DNA of 64,000 nt from an uncultured Bacilli bacterium (GTDB lineage: Bacteria > Bacillota_I > Bacilli_A > RF39 > UBA660): NCBI GenBank assembly GCA_947626095.1, contig CANQQV010000002.1:32001-96000 (forward strand), in the 5' to 3' direction. The number at the start of each line of letters is the position of its first letter. Positions within the stretch are counted from its first letter, which is position 1. The notes under the pieces are model-generated. The model searched no databases. It was not told the origin of the DNA and was given only the letters and a program-made list of their open reading frames with translations. Position numbers and translations under genes: made by a program. This document shows positions 38,401 through 48,495 of this stretch, in pieces.

Positions 38401-39510
38401 TTATAAATACCATAGTTTTTGTTCATTTTTACGAACTTCTTTAATAATACCGCCACCTAGACATTCATCATCTTTATAGAAAACACACGCTTGACCAGGT
38501 GTTACTCTTTTGACACCTTGGGGATATCTTACTATTACTTTATCTTCTAACCATTCTAATGTAACAGGGATATCTTCTTGACGATATCTAAATTTGGCAT
38601 TACATTCAGTTACTTTTTCATCACCTAAGTAATTGATAGTGTCAACAACACATGAATCACTTACTAAGTAATCGTTATCTTCGCCGATACAAATATATAA
38701 AATATTTTTAGATAAGTCTTTACCGACAACAAACATACGGTCTTCAGTACCACCAATATTTAAGCCACGGCGTTGACCAATGGTATAGTTCATTAAACCA
38801 ATATGGCGCCCTATTACTTCGTTAGTATCGATATTTACAACATCACCAGCTTGATTAGGAAGATAGTTTTTTAAGAAGTCAGAAAAGTTTCGTTCACCAA
38901 TAAAGCAGATACCAGTGGAATCTTTTTTATCAGCAGTTACTAAGTCATATTCTTCAGCTATTTTACGAACATCTGGTTTTAACATATCACCAATAGGAAA
39001 TAAAACATTTTGTAATTGTTCTTTACTTACTTGAGATAAGAAGTAAGTTTGATCTTTATTTAAGTCAACTGCTTTTAATAGTTTACCATCTTTAAGACGG
39101 GCATAATGACCAGTAGCAATGTAATCAGCTCCTAATTTACGAGCTTCTTTAGCAAACATATCAAATTTAATATATTTATTACACATAATATCAGGATTAG
39201 GAGTACGACCTTTTTTTAGTTCATCTAAGAAGTATGTAAAGACATAATCCCAATATTCTTTAATAAAATCTTTACGATATAGAGGAATACCTAGTTTATC
39301 ACAAACTTTTTTAGCATCATTATAATCAACTTCTTGAGGACAGATACCCTCTTTAGTAGTTGGAGCACCTTCTAATTCACCATCAGCAAATGAATCCCAG
39401 TTACGCATAAATAAACCTATTACTTCGTAACCTTGACGTTGTAATTCAATGGCAGCAACGGATGAATCAACGCCACCACTCATGCCGATAACAACTGTTT
39501 TCTTTTCCAT
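38401..39510 (-). CDS. mnmA: tRNA 2-thiouridylase
   Basis: SGGVDS, PNPDIMCN, ATGHY, KDQTYFL, DSTGICF, PGQ. Confidence 0.97.
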   Translation of the reverse strand: MEKKTVVIGMSGGVDSSVAAIELQRQGYEVIGLFMRNWDSFADGELEGAPTTKEGICPQEVDYNDAKKVCDKLGIPLYRKDFIKEYWDYVFTYFLDELKKGRTPNPDIMCNKYIKFDMFAKEARKLGADYIATGHYARLKDGKLLKAVDLNKDQTYFLSQVSKEQLQNVLFPIGDMLKPDVRKIAEEYDLVTADKKDSTGICFIGERNFSDFLKNYLPNQAGDVVNIDTNEVIGRHIGLMNYTIGQRRGLNIGGTEDRMFVVGKDLSKNILYICIGEDNDYLVSDSCVVDTINYLGDEKVTECNAKFRYRQEDIPVTLEWLEDKVIVRYPQGVKRVTPGQACVFYKDDECLGGGIIKEVRKNEQKLWYL

Positions 39511-39545
39511 AGGCAACCTCTTTTCTTTTTGTCGTATGTATTATA

Positions 39546-39977
39546 CTACATTTTTAATTCTTTTTGCATTTTATTATATATTTCTAATTTTTCTTCTTTA
39601 GTAAAGATATCTTTTTGGGCTTTAAATTTAGATAAAGACCATTTCCACATATTATACCCGAAATGACGATCTTGGTAAGTTTTATTTAGAATTTCTTGTT
39701 TATTTTCATAACGGGGAAGGAAATGAAAATGAACATGAGGTGTCTCGTGATCACGATAAGCATTATTCATTAAACAAGCAAAATTAAACATGGTAGCATT
39801 AAATAGTTTTTGGCAAATGCGTTCTAGTTCTTTTTCAATTAAACCTAGTTCAGTCCACTCTTCACTAGTTAAATCACTTAAACTTTCTTTTTTATTAGAT
39901 ATAATACACTGGCCAGGAAATTCTTGGCACCATTCTTCAAAAACAACTTCCCAATATTTACCTTTATATAATGTCAT
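39546..39977 (-). CDS. HIT family protein
   Basis: PHVHFHFLPRY histidine triad. Confidence 0.8.
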   Translation of the reverse strand: MTLYKGKYWEVVFEEWCQEFPGQCIISNKKESLSDLTSEEWTELGLIEKELERICQKLFNATMFNFACLMNNAYRDHETPHVHFHFLPRYENKQEILNKTYQDRHFGYNMWKWSLSKFKAQKDIFTKEEKLEIYNKMQKELKM

Positions 39978-40013
39978 ATTAGTAACTCCTTTATTTTATT
40001 TATTATAGCATAA

Positions 40014-40412
40014 TTATTTTTTAGGATAATTCCAAATACCTAGTTGGCCTTTAGCTTTAATTGGTTTTATTATTTCAACATTATCTAAAACCCAAGCATA
40101 ACGTCCTATTTCATAATGACCAGCAATGAAATTATCTAAATTTTCTTCTTTGGTCCTTTTTATAAATTCTTCAGTCATATATATACAATCAACTAAGTTA
40201 CATTTACAAATTATATAGCCATAATTAAGATCCGATTCATTATAGAGTTTTGATAAACCAGGTCGTTCTTTAACTTCTTTACTTATTTTAGAAATTCCCG
40301 CATGAATATATATTTCACCACGATAGTTAGTTTTCCAACTACGTGTTTCAATATATTTAACTTTATTTTTTATTAAAGTTGCAAATGGTTCTTTGAGGGT
40401 TAAGACTTTCAT
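40014..40412 (-). CDS. ASCH domain protein
   Basis: LTLKEPFATLI...KYIETRSW..YRG.IYIHAG...KGQLGIW. Confidence 0.88.
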   Translation of the reverse strand: MKVLTLKEPFATLIKNKVKYIETRSWKTNYRGEIYIHAGISKISKEVKERPGLSKLYNESDLNYGYIICKCNLVDCIYMTEEFIKRTKEENLDNFIAGHYEIGRYAWVLDNVEIIKPIKAKGQLGIWNYPKK

Positions 40413-40528
40413 TTAGATCACCAATTTTATTTTATCATGAATTTAAGGAAGTTAGATTAAATAAAAAATTGCAAAAAAGTATTGTCAAATCTTTTCTCTT
40501 ATGATATATTTAATTTGCTTACTTTTAT

Positions 40529-40605
40529 GGCGCTGTAGCTCAGTTGGCTAGAGCATCCGGTTCATACCCGGCAGGTCGTGTGTTCGAATCACACCGGCGC
40601 TACCA
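40529..40605 (+). tRNA. tRNA-Met (CAT), elongator type
   Basis: Cloverleaf GGCGCTG...GCTC/GAGC, anticodon loop TTCATAC, TTCGAAT, encoded CCA. Paired position 1-72 and no GGG/CCC initiator anticodon stem. Confidence 0.95.
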
Positions 40606-40615
40606 TTTAAATAAT

Positions 40616-40646
40616 AAAGCAAATCTAAAAAAGATTTGCTTTTTTT
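40616..40646. terminator. bidirectional intrinsic terminator
   Basis: AAAGCAAATCT-aaaaa-AGATTTGCTTTTTT between the convergent tRNA and CDS. Confidence 0.8.
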
Positions 40647-40647
40647 A

Positions 40648-41565
40648 TTACTTAGTTAAACTTTTAACTAATTCTTGATATGGTTGAATAGTTTCTTCTT
40701 TAATTAATGATAAATTATAATATTTAATTAAATCGGCAATACTTTTTTCACCAGCAATTATATTTCTAATAAAGGATAGTAAGTTTTTTTCGTCATCAAA
40801 GTAAGATTCTAGTAAACGAACAGCAAAGATATTACAAATAATATAGCCATAGGTTTTATGTTCATCATATAATACATAGTTTTTATATAAAGCAATATCT
40901 GGACGAGATGATGGGAAAGATCTAAGAATGATAGCTAGTTTTTTAGTTTCAATGCTTTCTAAAGTCATTAAATGTTCAGCATGTACCCTATTTATACGCT
41001 GTTTATATTCTAAATTATCATCCGGGATTAACTTACTTAGCAGATAACAAGTTATATATTCAACTAAGATACTTAAAAATTCTTTATAATGAATATTAGA
41101 TATGACTTCATTATAACCATTAACTGTATATTTAGATAGTAAGCCATGTATATATTCGTGAGCAGTACTAACTACTTCAATACTTGATAATTGATTACTG
41201 ATATGAAAAGTTAAAGGAACCCAATTACCATTTTGATATGTTGTTTCCATAGTTGCATCAAAGGAATTAGGACGGTTTTCTAATTTTAATAAAGAGTTAT
41301 ATTCTTTAATCTTGTCTTGGTAAGTTGGACCTAATATCTGAGTTAAAATATCTAAAAGATATTGTTGTAGTTCTGGTAATGTAAGTTTAGAATATTTAAA
41401 TTTTTCTGGATTTGGTAAATTAATTGCTTGTAAGTTATTTATAAGGCGTTCATAGTTTCTTTTAGCACGACTAAAGGATAATTCAGTAAAAGCATGGTTA
41501 TAACCATATTTTTGCATATCATTGATATAGTCATTGGCTTCCATTAAAGCTTGTAGTTCTTGCAT
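40648..41565 (-). CDS. HEXXH-containing protein (putative zinc metallopeptidase)
   Basis: AHEYIHG followed about 20 aa later by KEFLS (gluzincin-like third ligand). Confidence 0.6.
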   Translation of the reverse strand: MQELQALMEANDYINDMQKYGYNHAFTELSFSRAKRNYERLINNLQAINLPNPEKFKYSKLTLPELQQYLLDILTQILGPTYQDKIKEYNSLLKLENRPNSFDATMETTYQNGNWVPLTFHISNQLSSIEVVSTAHEYIHGLLSKYTVNGYNEVISNIHYKEFLSILVEYITCYLLSKLIPDDNLEYKQRINRVHAEHLMTLESIETKKLAIILRSFPSSRPDIALYKNYVLYDEHKTYGYIICNIFAVRLLESYFDDEKNLLSFIRNIIAGEKSIADLIKYYNLSLIKEETIQPYQELVKSLTK

Positions 41566-41630
41566 AGTAATCTCCTCTTGGTGCTATATAATAACATAAG
41601 AAATTAAAAAAAGCATTTTTAAAATGCTTT

Positions 41631-42692
41631 TTAAAGAATAAATCTAATTACATCTTGAATTGTAATATATAACATTAAAAGTAATAGTAAAGCAAAGAAG
41701 ATGGTTGTAGTTATCGCTTCGACTTTTTCATTAACTTTCTTACGAGTAATTAATTCAATAATTAAGAATAAAACATGGCCACCATCTAAGGCTGGGATTG
41801 GTAAGATATTCATGATACCTAAGTTAATACTTAAATAAGCAACTAAGAAAATAATGTTTTCAACTCCAGCTTTACGTGTTTCACCAACGACGGTATAAAT
41901 ACCAACAGGTCCTGATAAAGCATTTAATGATATTTTACCAGTGAATAAATTAGCAATTGTTAACCACATTTGTTCTACTGTACTACCAAATTTTAAGAAA
42001 CTATATTTTAAAGCAGGAACAAAGCCTTTTTTGATTTCACTTTTTAGTTCAATACCAAAGACGAATGATTCATTACCTTTTTCGTCTTTAACAGTTTCCG
42101 GTTTAACATTATATGTTGCTTCTTCCCCATTTTTATGTTTAACAGATATTTCATAAGTATTATCTTTATCTTTTAATAGTAATAGTAATTGTGCTTTATC
42201 CCAAGTTTTAACTTTACTACCATTAACTTTAGTAATAACATCACCAGCTTGGATACCAGCTTTTTCGGCAGGTTTTCCTTCAGTTACCCCAGTTATAACT
42301 GGTTTTAAAGAAGGTGCTCCCCAAATTAAAGCAATAACAAATAATAAGATTATGGCTAGTAAGAAGTTATTAAAAACACCAGCGACTAATATGATTAATC
42401 TTTGATACCATGGACGATTACACATAAATTTGTCTTTAGGTATTTTTTTAGTATCATCATCTTCATATATTTCACCAGCCATTTGGACATAACCACCAAT
42501 TGGTAAAGCTCTTATTGAATAATTAATACCATCTTTACCTTTGATAGTTTTAATTAATGGTCCCATACCAATGGAGAATTCATGAATAAAGACACCACTT
42601 TTTTTAGCAGTTAAGAAATGACCTAGTTCATGAACAAAAACTAAAATACCTAAAATAAATATAAATAATAAGATATTGATAATTGTATTCAT
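41631..42692 (-). CDS. rseP: RIP metalloprotease RseP
   Basis: HELGH, PDZ domain, NILPIPALDGGH. Confidence 0.95.
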   Translation of the reverse strand: MNTIINILLFIFILGILVFVHELGHFLTAKKSGVFIHEFSIGMGPLIKTIKGKDGINYSIRALPIGGYVQMAGEIYEDDDTKKIPKDKFMCNRPWYQRLIILVAGVFNNFLLAIILLFVIALIWGAPSLKPVITGVTEGKPAEKAGIQAGDVITKVNGSKVKTWDKAQLLLLLKDKDNTYEISVKHKNGEEATYNVKPETVKDEKGNESFVFGIELKSEIKKGFVPALKYSFLKFGSTVEQMWLTIANLFTGKISLNALSGPVGIYTVVGETRKAGVENIIFLVAYLSINLGIMNILPIPALDGGHVLFLIIELITRKKVNEKVEAITTTIFFALLLLLMLYITIQDVIRFIL

Positions 42693-42701
42693 TTAATCAC
42701 C

Positions 42702-43508
42702 CTACTTTAAAAATTTTAAAACATTAATAATTATTATATAACCATATACTATAAAGCTTAAGCTATCAAGACGATCTAAGATACCACCATGACCTGGCAT
42801 AATATTAGAAAAATCTTTAATATCGTTTTCTCTTTTGATTTTACTGAAGAATAAATCTCCTAGTTGACCTAAGATTGTTAGGAATAAAGTCATAACAATT
42901 AAACCAAGTAAATTAACATTATTAGTAATAACATTATAATAGTATAATGTAGCAATAACAGTTCCTAGTAAAGAACCAGCTATACTACCTTCAACTGATT
43001 TCTTTGGTGATACTTTAGGAATAAGTTTATGTTTACCGATTAAGCAACCAATTAACATAGCAAAAGTATCAGTCATAACAGCAATTAAAATTAAGTATAG
43101 TAATAACCACTTGTCGGCATAACGAATTAAGATTAAGAAATTAAAGAAGAAACCAATAGTAATTATGCTACCTAATAAAGAGAAAGCTTTATGAGTATTA
43201 TAAGAATCGTCTTTACTAAAGATAGCTGGAATAAGAAGTAATAGAACTGATAAACAGATTATAGCAAATGATGCTCCATTATAAATATATGATGCTTGGA
43301 AACGATTATAAACAATTAATTCAAAACAAGCAAAAGCAATTAGTTTAATAAACATTGGAATATTTTTATGTTCTTTTAAATCACTTATTTCTTTAAATGC
43401 TAAAGCTGCGATAAGTCCTACCCCTAAGGCATATACTTTACCACCTATTAAATATAAGGGAATAACTATAATTAAAGCAATAATCGCACTAATTATTCTT
43501 TGTTTCAT
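42702..43508 (-). CDS. cdsA: phosphatidate cytidylyltransferase
   Basis: [15 protein letters not shown]...[18 protein letters not shown] at 43508. Confidence 0.95.
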   Translation of the reverse strand: MKQRIISAIIALIIVIPLYLIGGKVYALGVGLIAALAFKEISDLKEHKNIPMFIKLIAFACFELIVYNRFQASYIYNGASFAIICLSVLLLLIPAIFSKDDSYNTHKAFSLLGSIITIGFFFNFLILIRYADKWLLLYLILIAVMTDTFAMLIGCLIGKHKLIPKVSPKKSVEGSIAGSLLGTVIATLYYYNVITNNVNLLGLIVMTLFLTILGQLGDLFFSKIKRENDIKDFSNIMPGHGGILDRLDSLSFIVYGYIIIINVLKFLK

Positions 43509-44211
43509 TACTATTACCTCCAAACCTTCTATTTCTTTTATTATATTCATCAATAGCTTTTTCAAATTCATCTTTATTAAAGTCTGGGAAATATACTTTT
43601 GGGAAATACATTTCAGCATAACTTAGTTCATAAATCATGAAATTGGAAATACGCTCTTCACCACTAGTTCTAATCATAAAATCGATTGGTGGTAATTCTT
43701 GATACATATATTTATATAAAATTTTTTCGTTAATATCTTCTTTATTTAGTTTACCAGCAAGTACATCTTCGCATACTTTTTTAGTCGCATCAGCTATTTC
43801 TTGTTGACCACCATAATTTAAACAGATATTAAAGACACCTTTCTTGTTGTTTTTAGTACGTTCAGTAATTACTTCCATAGCTTCTTTAACATCTTCTCTT
43901 AAGTTATCTTTACGGCCAGAAAATACGATTTTTATATCTTCATTATGAATTTTATTACATTCATTGTTAAACATATTAACAAATATATCCATTAAATAAG
44001 TTACTTCTTCATCACTACGTTTGAAATTCTCCGTAGAAAAAGCGAAAACACTTAAGTATTTAACACCTTTATTGATAATATAAGGAACTAAATCACGAAT
44101 GTTTTCAAAACCTTTTTGATGGCCTTTTAGAGAAGGTAAATTTCTTTCTTTCGCCCAACGACGATTACCATCTAAAATAATCGCTACATGAGTTGGATAG
44201 TTTTTTTCCAT
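43489..44211 (-). CDS. uppS: undecaprenyl diphosphate synthase
   Basis: [33 protein letters not shown]. Confidence 0.96.
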   Translation of the reverse strand: MEKNYPTHVAIILDGNRRWAKERNLPSLKGHQKGFENIRDLVPYIINKGVKYLSVFAFSTENFKRSDEEVTYLMDIFVNMFNNECNKIHNEDIKIVFSGRKDNLREDVKEAMEVITERTKNNKKGVFNICLNYGGQQEIADATKKVCEDVLAGKLNKEDINEKILYKYMYQELPPIDFMIRTSGEERISNFMIYELSYAEMYFPKVYFPDFNKDEFEKAIDEYNKRNRRFGGNSNETKNN

Positions 44212-44305
44212 TTCTAATCAAATCCTTCTTATATGATTATACTATTAAGATTAGGTAAAGGCAAGGAACAAAGCAGAAAAAAATATGCTATATAAGCATA
44301 CCTCT

Positions 44306-44551
44306 TTAAAATGAATCAATATTTATTTTAACTTTATTTAAACCTAGAATATAAGCATGAGCTTGAACTAAAGTACGAATAGCATTTGCCATCTTACCAT
44401 TACGACCGATAACTGCTCCCATGTCACTTTCGTGAACTATTATTTCTAAGATAGTTGAATCTTCTTCACCACCAAATTGTTGAACACTTACCATATCTGG
44501 TTCTTTAGCAATACTTTTAACTAGATATTCAGCAAATTCTTTTAATTCCAT
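44306..44551 (-). CDS. khpA: KH-domain RNA-binding protein KhpA
   Basis: DMGAVIGRNGKMANAIRT, downstream of rpsP. Confidence 0.9.
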   Translation of the reverse strand: MELKEFAEYLVKSIAKEPDMVSVQQFGGEEDSTILEIIVHESDMGAVIGRNGKMANAIRTLVQAHAYILGLNKVKINIDSF

Positions 44552-44553
44552 AA

Positions 44554-44829
44554 TTATTTACCTTCTTTTTTAGATTCAGTATATTTTTTAATTATGCCTT
44601 GTTTGCTTAGTAAATTTTTAACAGTATCTGTTGGTATTGCACCATTATTTAACCAATATAAAGCTCTTTCTTCATCAATTTTAACTTCATATTCAGATGG
44701 GATTGGGTTGTATGTACCAATACTTTCAATAAATCTTCCATCTCTTGGAAAACGTGAGTCTGCTGCAACAATTCTATAGAATGGTCTTTGTTTAGCTCCG
44801 CCTCTTTTTAGTCTAATTTTAACTGCCAT
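44554..44829 (-). CDS. rpsP: 30S ribosomal protein S16
   Basis: [11 protein letters not shown]...[20 protein letters not shown]. Confidence 0.98.
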   Translation of the reverse strand: MAVKIRLKRGGAKQRPFYRIVAADSRFPRDGRFIESIGTYNPIPSEYEVKIDEERALYWLNNGAIPTDTVKNLLSKQGIIKKYTESKKEGK

Positions 44830-44920
44830 GTCTTTCCCTCCTTTGTTTAGCTACATTAATATATCAAATAATAAAAATGATGTCAACCTTTATTAGTTGA
44901 CATCTATATAAAAATGTAGA

Positions 44921-45442
44921 TTATTTTTCTTCGGTTATATAATCTTCTTTGATATCAGAAACATTTTCTTCTTCATAAAGATCATCCCAAGGTAATTCAT
45001 CTTCTTCAATGGCAATTTTAACTTTACCTTCACCAACGATTTCAACACCTAGTTCTTTTTCAATACTTAAGGTAACATCATTACCTTTAATTTTAACGTC
45101 TTGAACAGTTGGTTGTTTTAAACTTCTAACGATAATTTCGTTATCATTAGATAAAGAATCTAAGTCTTTAACTCTTAACTTCATATGATCAGTATAAGTA
45201 AAGTTTCGCGTAGTAACAGCAGTTTTAGAATCATTGTCATAGGAATACCAAACATTAATATCAAAGGAACCATTTATATTAACATCATTTTGGTTATTAG
45301 TACCAGAAAACTTATGGTTAATTACCCAACAACCTAGAACTGTATTAGGAGTATTTTCGGGAGTAAGGGTATAATTATCACGTGATGTTTTACGACCTTT
45401 ACCAACGATTGTTTTAGTAACAATTTCTTTAAAATTAGACAT
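44921..45442 (-). CDS. cotE: outer spore coat morphogenetic protein CotE
   Basis: EIVTK..VGKG...LGCWVINH...GSFDINVWYSY...EIVGE.K matches the CotE pattern. CATAAACT sporulation-sigma-like -10 at 45461-45468. Confidence 0.92.
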   Translation of the reverse strand: MSNFKEIVTKTIVGKGRKTSRDNYTLTPENTPNTVLGCWVINHKFSGTNNQNDVNINGSFDINVWYSYDNDSKTAVTTRNFTYTDHMKLRVKDLDSLSNDNEIIVRSLKQPTVQDVKIKGNDVTLSIEKELGVEIVGEGKVKIAIEEDELPWDDLYEEENVSDIKEDYITEEK

Positions 45443-45525
45443 TTATTTCACCTCTAATTTAGTTTATGCAGTAGTGTCCTAATAATTGAATAAAAAAAAT
45501 AGATTATTATCTTGTAATAACCTAT

Positions 45526-46854
45526 TTAATCAGAATAAGTACTTGTTATACCAAAATAGTCTTCCATAGTAAGCCAATTACCATTGTTATATAGTTTGGT
45601 AGCTAATTCTTTACCGACATATCTAAAGTGCCAAGGTTCATATTTATAACCAGTTTCATTGGTTTTACCATTCGGGTATCTTAAGATAAAACCATATTTA
45701 TAGCAATTCTCATCTAACCAAAGAGCGGCAGGAGTACCAATAAAAGTATCATCTATAATATTAACGTCAAAAGCTAAACCAGATTGATGTTCGGAATGAC
45801 CGGCTCTTGCAGAATAAGTATCAGCTAAAGTTACACCATCTTCGGCAACATATTTTTTATATAAGTTATATTGAGTATTATATGAGCGGAAGCCACTTTG
45901 AATCCAAAGGTTAATATTATCTAATTTAGCAGCAGCTTGCATCACATAAAAAGCATCAGTAGTTTCTTTAGTTAAACTTTTACCATAAGAAGATGGTAAT
46001 GAATAAGTTTTATTAACAACTAAATAACCATCAATATAAGTAACACCATTTTTAGTTACGCCTGCAAATCCTTTAGAAGTCGTAAAATGAACTTCGGTAT
46101 CAGAATTGTCTTCTGTTTTATTATCTGAAGTTTGAGAAGAATTTGAATTGGTTGAATTATTTGGGATAGTTGTTGAACTATTTTGGTTAGATGACTGAGT
46201 ACTAGTATTTGTTTTAGTTGTATTTGAAGAATTATTAGATTTAGTTTGAGTGCTGGTATTAGCTTTGCTACTATTGTTTTCGTTAGTTGATTTTTTATCT
46301 TCCTTAACATTCAATATAAAACTTTCTTTAGTCGTGTTATTGCTTGAATCAGTAGCTACATAAAATAAATTATAGGTGCCTACCACTTTAAAATCATAAT
46401 TACCTTCAATCGTTGGTATGATTGTTTCATTAGAATTATCGGTGACAACGACATCAGCAAGTAAGTTTACTTCTTGACCAACTAAAGTATTTATTTCTGC
46501 AGGGAAAGTTATAGTTGGTTTTTCGTTATCAACAACATCTATATATATAGCTATTTTTTGAATTTGCTTGTTTAAATCTTCAACTTCGATATCAACTTTT
46601 TTTTGACCAATTGCTGTAGTATCTACTAGTTCTTTGGTGGTAAGAATATGACCATTTTCAAGTTTAGTTATATAGTCTAAATTATAAATTTTATCATTTA
46701 ATTCTACTTGAGCGTTTTTATATTTTAAAATTAATTCAGGAATTTCAACTGGTTTAGTTTCTTTCTTTAAATTAACTATCATAAAAGATATACCAACGAT
46801 TAAGAAAATTGGTATTATAAATAGAATTATTTTTTTAGCATTTATCTTTTTCAT
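45526..46854 (-). CDS. M15B (VanY/LdcB-like) carboxypeptidase with Ig-like domain
   Basis: N-terminal TM, Ig-like domain, Ser/Thr/Asn linker, SGFRS, SEHQSGLAFD, YEPWHFRY. Confidence 0.9.
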   Translation of the reverse strand: MKKINAKKIILFIIPIFLIVGISFMIVNLKKETKPVEIPELILKYKNAQVELNDKIYNLDYITKLENGHILTTKELVDTTAIGQKKVDIEVEDLNKQIQKIAIYIDVVDNEKPTITFPAEINTLVGQEVNLLADVVVTDNSNETIIPTIEGNYDFKVVGTYNLFYVATDSSNNTTKESFILNVKEDKKSTNENNSSKANTSTQTKSNNSSNTTKTNTSTQSSNQNSSTTIPNNSTNSNSSQTSDNKTEDNSDTEVHFTTSKGFAGVTKNGVTYIDGYLVVNKTYSLPSSYGKSLTKETTDAFYVMQAAAKLDNINLWIQSGFRSYNTQYNLYKKYVAEDGVTLADTYSARAGHSEHQSGLAFDVNIIDDTFIGTPAALWLDENCYKYGFILRYPNGKTNETGYKYEPWHFRYVGKELATKLYNNGNWLTMEDYFGITSTYSD

Positions 46855-47005
46855 AAAATCATCTTCTTTACTACTTCAAAATTTTAAATGCTATTATAAT
46901 TTTAACAATCTCGAATAATGATGTCAATTAGCGTGAAAAGCGATGATAAGATTTTTGACAGTTATATGAATTTAAATAAAAAAAATAGATTATTATAGAA
47001 ATAAT

Positions 47006-48436
47006 CTATTTAAGATAATCTTTGATATTTCTTTTAGCTTTAGAAGTTATAACATGATCTAGCCAACTTTTATGGGGATGAGATTTGCTATTATGAAGGA
47101 GCATAATACGATCTTTATTATTTAATTTGTGAAATAGTTTAACTTCTTTGCCATTAATATAAGCTTTGCTTAAGTGGTTGCCTATATCACTATGAACTTT
47201 ATAAGCAAAATCGATTACGGTAGAACCTTTTGGTAATTCAATAATATCTCCACGAACAGTATATACATATATATTATTAGAAAATATTTCTTGCTTAACA
47301 CGAGCTATAAAATCAGAATCACTCTTAACAACAGCATTTAGGTCTCTTAAAGTATTAAAGAATTGATAATTTAGTTTTAATTCATATTGCATTTTAGTAC
47401 GTCCTTCTTCTCTAAACATTTTCCAATAAGCTGCTAATCCTAAAGAGTTAATATCATCCATAGTTTTAGTTTTGATTTGGAATTGTAATAAGTGATTATG
47501 GGGACCAAAAACAGTTGTATGTAGGGAACGATACATATTAGTTTTGGGACAAGCAATATAATCTTTAAATTTGTTATTCATTGGGGTATATAGTTTATGA
47601 ATAAGACCTAAGACACGATATGGATCTTCGTTATCACCTACGATTAATTTAAAATTAACTAAGTCATGAATATCATTTAGTTTGTAGCCTTTATTAAGTT
47701 TTTGGTATAAATGATAGATATTTAAAACTTTAATACGATATGTATATTTGATATTATTTTCTTTTAAGATATTTTCAACATCGATAACTGCTTGATTACA
47801 ACATTCTTCGTAATCTTGTTCAATTTCTAATTTTTTATCTTTTAACATATCGTAAGAAGCTTTATCTAAGTATGATAAGCATAAATCTTCTAATTCACAT
47901 TTTAAAGTAAAAGCACCAATAAAGTAAGCAATAGGAACAAAGATATATAATGTTTCTTCAGCACTTCTGATTTGCTTATATGGTTCTTTAAAAGATAAAG
48001 TACGCATGTTATGTAAGCGGTCACATAGTTTGATAATAATGATACGAACATCATCGTTTAAACTGTTGATAAGTCTTCTAATATTAGCATTGGTTTCTTC
48101 ATCTTTATTGTTAAAGTGCATATTACTTAATTTAGTTACACCATCAACTAAGAAAGCAACATCATCACCAAAATCACGACGAATATCTTTAATAGTAAGT
48201 TCAGTATCTTCAACGACATCATGTAATAAACCAGCACATAAGGAAGATCCATCAGCTTTGAAAGTAGTTAAATTTAAACAGACATTTAAGGGATGAATAA
48301 TATATGGTTCACCACTTTCTCTTTTTTGGTTACGATGAGCATAACTTGCTACTTCGTAAGCTTTTTTAACACGTTCGATTTCTTCTGGGTTATATTTTTT
48401 GATTTCCTCTATTACTTCTTCAATCGTAATACTCAT
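47006..48436 (-). CDS. RelA/SpoT homologue (HD hydrolase, degenerate synthetase, TGS; C-terminally short)
   Basis: HRNQKRESGEPYIIHP, HDVVEDT, DRLHNMRT, KDYIA.PK.N.Y.SLHT, DFAYKVHSDIG. ATG at 48436. Confidence 0.9.
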   Translation of the reverse strand: MSITIEEVIEEIKKYNPEEIERVKKAYEVASYAHRNQKRESGEPYIIHPLNVCLNLTTFKADGSSLCAGLLHDVVEDTELTIKDIRRDFGDDVAFLVDGVTKLSNMHFNNKDEETNANIRRLINSLNDDVRIIIIKLCDRLHNMRTLSFKEPYKQIRSAEETLYIFVPIAYFIGAFTLKCELEDLCLSYLDKASYDMLKDKKLEIEQDYEECCNQAVIDVENILKENNIKYTYRIKVLNIYHLYQKLNKGYKLNDIHDLVNFKLIVGDNEDPYRVLGLIHKLYTPMNNKFKDYIACPKTNMYRSLHTTVFGPHNHLLQFQIKTKTMDDINSLGLAAYWKMFREEGRTKMQYELKLNYQFFNTLRDLNAVVKSDSDFIARVKQEIFSNNIYVYTVRGDIIELPKGSTVIDFAYKVHSDIGNHLSKAYINGKEVKLFHKLNNKDRIMLLHNSKSHPHKSWLDHVITSKAKRNIKDYLK

Positions 48437-48495
48437 AAAACACACTTCCATTACTACTATGTACACATAATAACACAACTAAAAGAAAAAAACCA

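Noticed and set aside
40529-41600. Integrated mobile element at tRNA-Met
   Set aside because: No integrase and no duplicated tRNA 3' end found in the window.
45491-47011. Repeated AAAAAAATAGATTATTAT at two intergenic sites
   Set aside because: Both are arms of ordinary AT-rich terminator hairpins directly after stop codons.
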